Source: a virus
Taxonomy: Duplodnaviria > Caudoviricetes
Length of the DNA stretch: 58,594 nt
Reading direction: 5' to 3' (one strand)
IMG/VR virus record: IMGVR_UViG_3300023174_000190
Location: 1-58,594 of that record
Each line of letters opens with the position of its first letter. Position 1 is the stretch's first letter. Under the pieces are notes generated by a model. The model did no database searches, was not told where the DNA came from, and saw only the letters and a program-made list of their open reading frames with translations. A program made the position numbers and the translations under genes. Positions 56,681 to 58,594 of the stretch are shown here, in pieces.

Positions 56681-58225
56681 TTAATTCTTTTTACTACGCT
56701 TTGGCTTTGATTCTAAAGAACTAATTCTTTCATTCAATTCTTTAATCGTTTCGATTAGATATGGAATGATACCAAGATAGTTAACTGTCTTATGATTCTC
56801 GCCAGTAGAAACTAGATGAGGAAGAACTTTTTCAATATCTTGAGCGATCACACCAGAACTCTTCAATCCGTTGTCTTTCCATGTGAATTGAACACCAGTA
56901 AGCTGTTCTAGAATGTTCATTGGATTTTCAAGCGTCATAATGTTATCTTTCAACGCCATGTCAGAGAGTGAGTTGAAGTTTGTTGCACTTAATGTTCCTG
57001 TGCTTGGAACATAATACAACGCATTGCCCGTAACATACGCTGTAGTTAAACTTCCTGTAGTAGCAGAAGACATTGTTGGATAGAATGTGCTACTTGAACT
57101 TGTATTGCTTACTGTTGCACCAGCGGCTGCGAATGAAAGTGTTCCAGTTCCGTTTGTGACTAGTGCTTGACCAGATGTTCCGTCTGCTGTTGGAAGAGTC
57201 CAAGTAACGTTAGCACCAACTGCTGATCCTGATCTAACTGCAACATAGTTAGCATTTGAAGATGCTAGTCTTAATGAACCAGTCGAACCGATTGTTACGT
57301 TTGCGCCGTCATAAATTAGATTTGCACTTCCACTAAATGTCGAAGATCCAGAGTTGTACTGAATCGAATTCGCAACGCCTGATGGAGGAGTTAGAACAGT
57401 AGCAAAAGAAAGTACACCAGATCCGTTAGTGACAAGACCTTGGTTTACACTTCCGTCTGTAGCTGGTAATGTCCATGTAACGTTTGCGCCAACTGCTGAA
57501 CTTGATTTCAATCCAACATAGTTTGCGTTTGCAGATGATCCAAGTCTTAGTACGTTTTGATTATTCAAGTAAACATAACTATTTGCAGTTAGAGCATTGA
57601 CTGCGAAGTCAGCATATGCAAAGTTATTTGATGCCGGGAAAATCTTTGTAGTTGGTTCTACAGAATACGCTCTAAACAGTTTCCAAACACCGTCTGTAGA
57701 ATCTCTAAAGATACCAGAGTGAACGTTTCCTGATCCAGCATTATATTGTCCAAAAACACCAATGTCAACTAGATCAGAAGTATTGTTATTAGCTAATTGT
57801 ATTAATGGGTCATTGACGTTAATTTGTGTTGTACTGATTTCTGTGTTTCCACCTAAAACAGTCAAGTTTCCAGTAATAAATGTGTTACCAGAAACATAAA
57901 GATTCTTTCCAATTCCAACACCACCAGAAACTACTAATGTTCCTGTTATAGAATTTGATGCATCAGTTCCGCCAGAAAGTGTCAATACGTCCGTTGTCGA
58001 ATTGTATGTCATTCCAGAATCGTCTTGAATTAGACCAGCAGTTCCAACTAAAGCAACGCGACCAGATGTTAAATTGTTTGCTGTAATCGTATTCGCGGTT
58101 ACTGCATTTGTAATTATACTTCCGCTTCCACCATCCGTAAGTGCCGTGATAGTGTTTGCAGCAGTATTAAATGCTGTTCTAAAATCGTTAAACGTATTGT
58201 TTAACTGTATATTTGAAATTGCCAT
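56681..58225 (-). CDS. Tail fibre protein with C-terminal intramolecular chaperone (peptidase S74-like)
   Basis: Autocleavage-type SDMALKDNI, GVIAQDIEKVLP and terminal coiled coil; ~50-aa internal duplication (VGANVTWTLP..DG...LVTNG.G.LSFA twice); GTLVVSGGVGIGKNLYV. Confidence 0.88.
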   Translation of the reverse strand: MAISNIQLNNTFNDFRTAFNTAANTITALTDGGSGSIITNAVTANTITANNLTSGRVALVGTAGLIQDDSGMTYNSTTDVLTLSGGTDASNSITGTLVVSGGVGIGKNLYVSGNTFITGNLTVLGGNTEISTTQINVNDPLIQLANNNTSDLVDIGVFGQYNAGSGNVHSGIFRDSTDGVWKLFRAYSVEPTTKIFPASNNFAYADFAVNALTANSYVYLNNQNVLRLGSSANANYVGLKSSSAVGANVTWTLPATDGSVNQGLVTNGSGVLSFATVLTPPSGVANSIQYNSGSSTFSGSANLIYDGANVTIGSTGSLRLASSNANYVAVRSGSAVGANVTWTLPTADGTSGQALVTNGTGTLSFAAAGATVSNTSSSSTFYPTMSSATTGSLTTAYVTGNALYYVPSTGTLSATNFNSLSDMALKDNIMTLENPMNILEQLTGVQFTWKDNGLKSSGVIAQDIEKVLPHLVSTGENHKTVNYLGIIPYLIETIKELNERISSLESKPKRSKKN

Positions 58226-58229
58226 CTTT

Positions 58230-58475
58230 TTATTTTCCAGTTATGGTTAACAATAGATTCTTGATCTCGCGAATATCGTTTCTGATTTGATCGACTTCAG
58301 CGTGAATTTCGTTAATCTCTTCTCTACTCTTATTTATATCAGAAAGTTTTCTCTTTTGAATTTTATATTTTAAAAGAGAATCCACATCTGTGTTCAACAA
58401 TGCTTTCGAACTTGCATCTCTTTCTGTAAACCCGTTACTGGGTTCAATGATAGCAATTTTTTCTAATATCATCAT
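58230..58475 (-). CDS. Small coiled-coil hypothetical protein
   Basis: RDASSKALLNTD...EIKNLL; overlaps the stop of the upstream structural gene. Confidence 0.75.
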   Translation of the reverse strand: MMILEKIAIIEPSNGFTERDASSKALLNTDVDSLLKYKIQKRKLSDINKSREEINEIHAEVDQIRNDIREIKNLLLTITGK

Positions 58476-58594
58476 GCTAATGCAATTCCTCTTAAATCTT
58501 TCACTTTTGCAGAGTAACTTGCTGAACTAGAAAGGAATACAATCTTAATTGCAAAATATTTAAAGCCCTGGAAAGTTCTTGCATCTGGTGTAGT
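58472..58594 (-). CDS. C-terminal fragment of a probable large virion structural protein (partial)
   Basis: Manual translation ...FQGFKYFAIKIVFLSSSASYSAKVKDLRGIALA*. The F..FAIKIV...KDLR.IAL ending resembles large structural proteins of T4-like aquatic phages. Confidence 0.7.
   Translation of the reverse strand, partial: TTPDARTFQGFKYFAIKIVFLSSSASYSAKVKDLRGIALA

Noticed and set aside
58331-58338. TATAAATA inside the 81-aa ORF as a late promoter for the tail fibre gene
   Set aside because: It is intragenic in AT-rich sequence and about 100 nt from the next start. It is plausible but cannot be told from chance without transcript data.
1-58594. tRNA genes or stop-codon reassignment
   Set aside because: Intergenic gaps are short, I recognised no cloverleaf or T-loop motif by eye, and core genes are full length under the standard code. 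A tRNAscan-SE run would confirm.

Overview
This 58.6 kb window is part of a T4-like myovirus genome with the gene order typical of aquatic T4-like phages. It is AT-rich, and essentially all genes lie on the minus strand. Left to right it holds: (1) a replication/recombination block (partial uvsX, gp43, regA, gp62, gp44, dsbA, gp45) with accessory genes for Hsp20, Dps, an HTH protein, a PD-(D/E)XK-like protein and a GT-A-like protein; (2) a GC-richer CobS-like AAA+/vWA-peptidase module with sigma70-type promoters; (3) a tightly coupled cassette of dCMP deaminase, asparagine-synthetase-like ligase, C5 DNA methyltransferase and CmoA-like enzyme; (4) gp46, gp47, gp55, uvsW and uvsY; (5) head, tail and packaging genes (gp3, 23, 22, 21, 68-like, 67-like, 20, two gp19, 18, 17, 16, 15, 14, 13), with a five-gene fibre/collagen insert; (6) a 12 kb island of six paralogous beta-propeller genes flanking a sulfotransferase and 2OG-Fe(II) oxygenases, next to an APS-kinase/nucleotidyltransferase fusion; (7) a chaperone-bearing tail fibre gene. 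The strongest candidate system is a DNA cytosine carboxymethylation/amidation pathway: the methyltransferase has Arg in place of the motif-X Asn and sits beside a carboxy-SAM synthase homologue. The second is a possible virion-surface sulfation/hydroxylation island. I saw no tRNA, rRNA, CRISPR array, integrase or reverse transcriptase. All product calls come from motif recognition by eye; no database searches were run.
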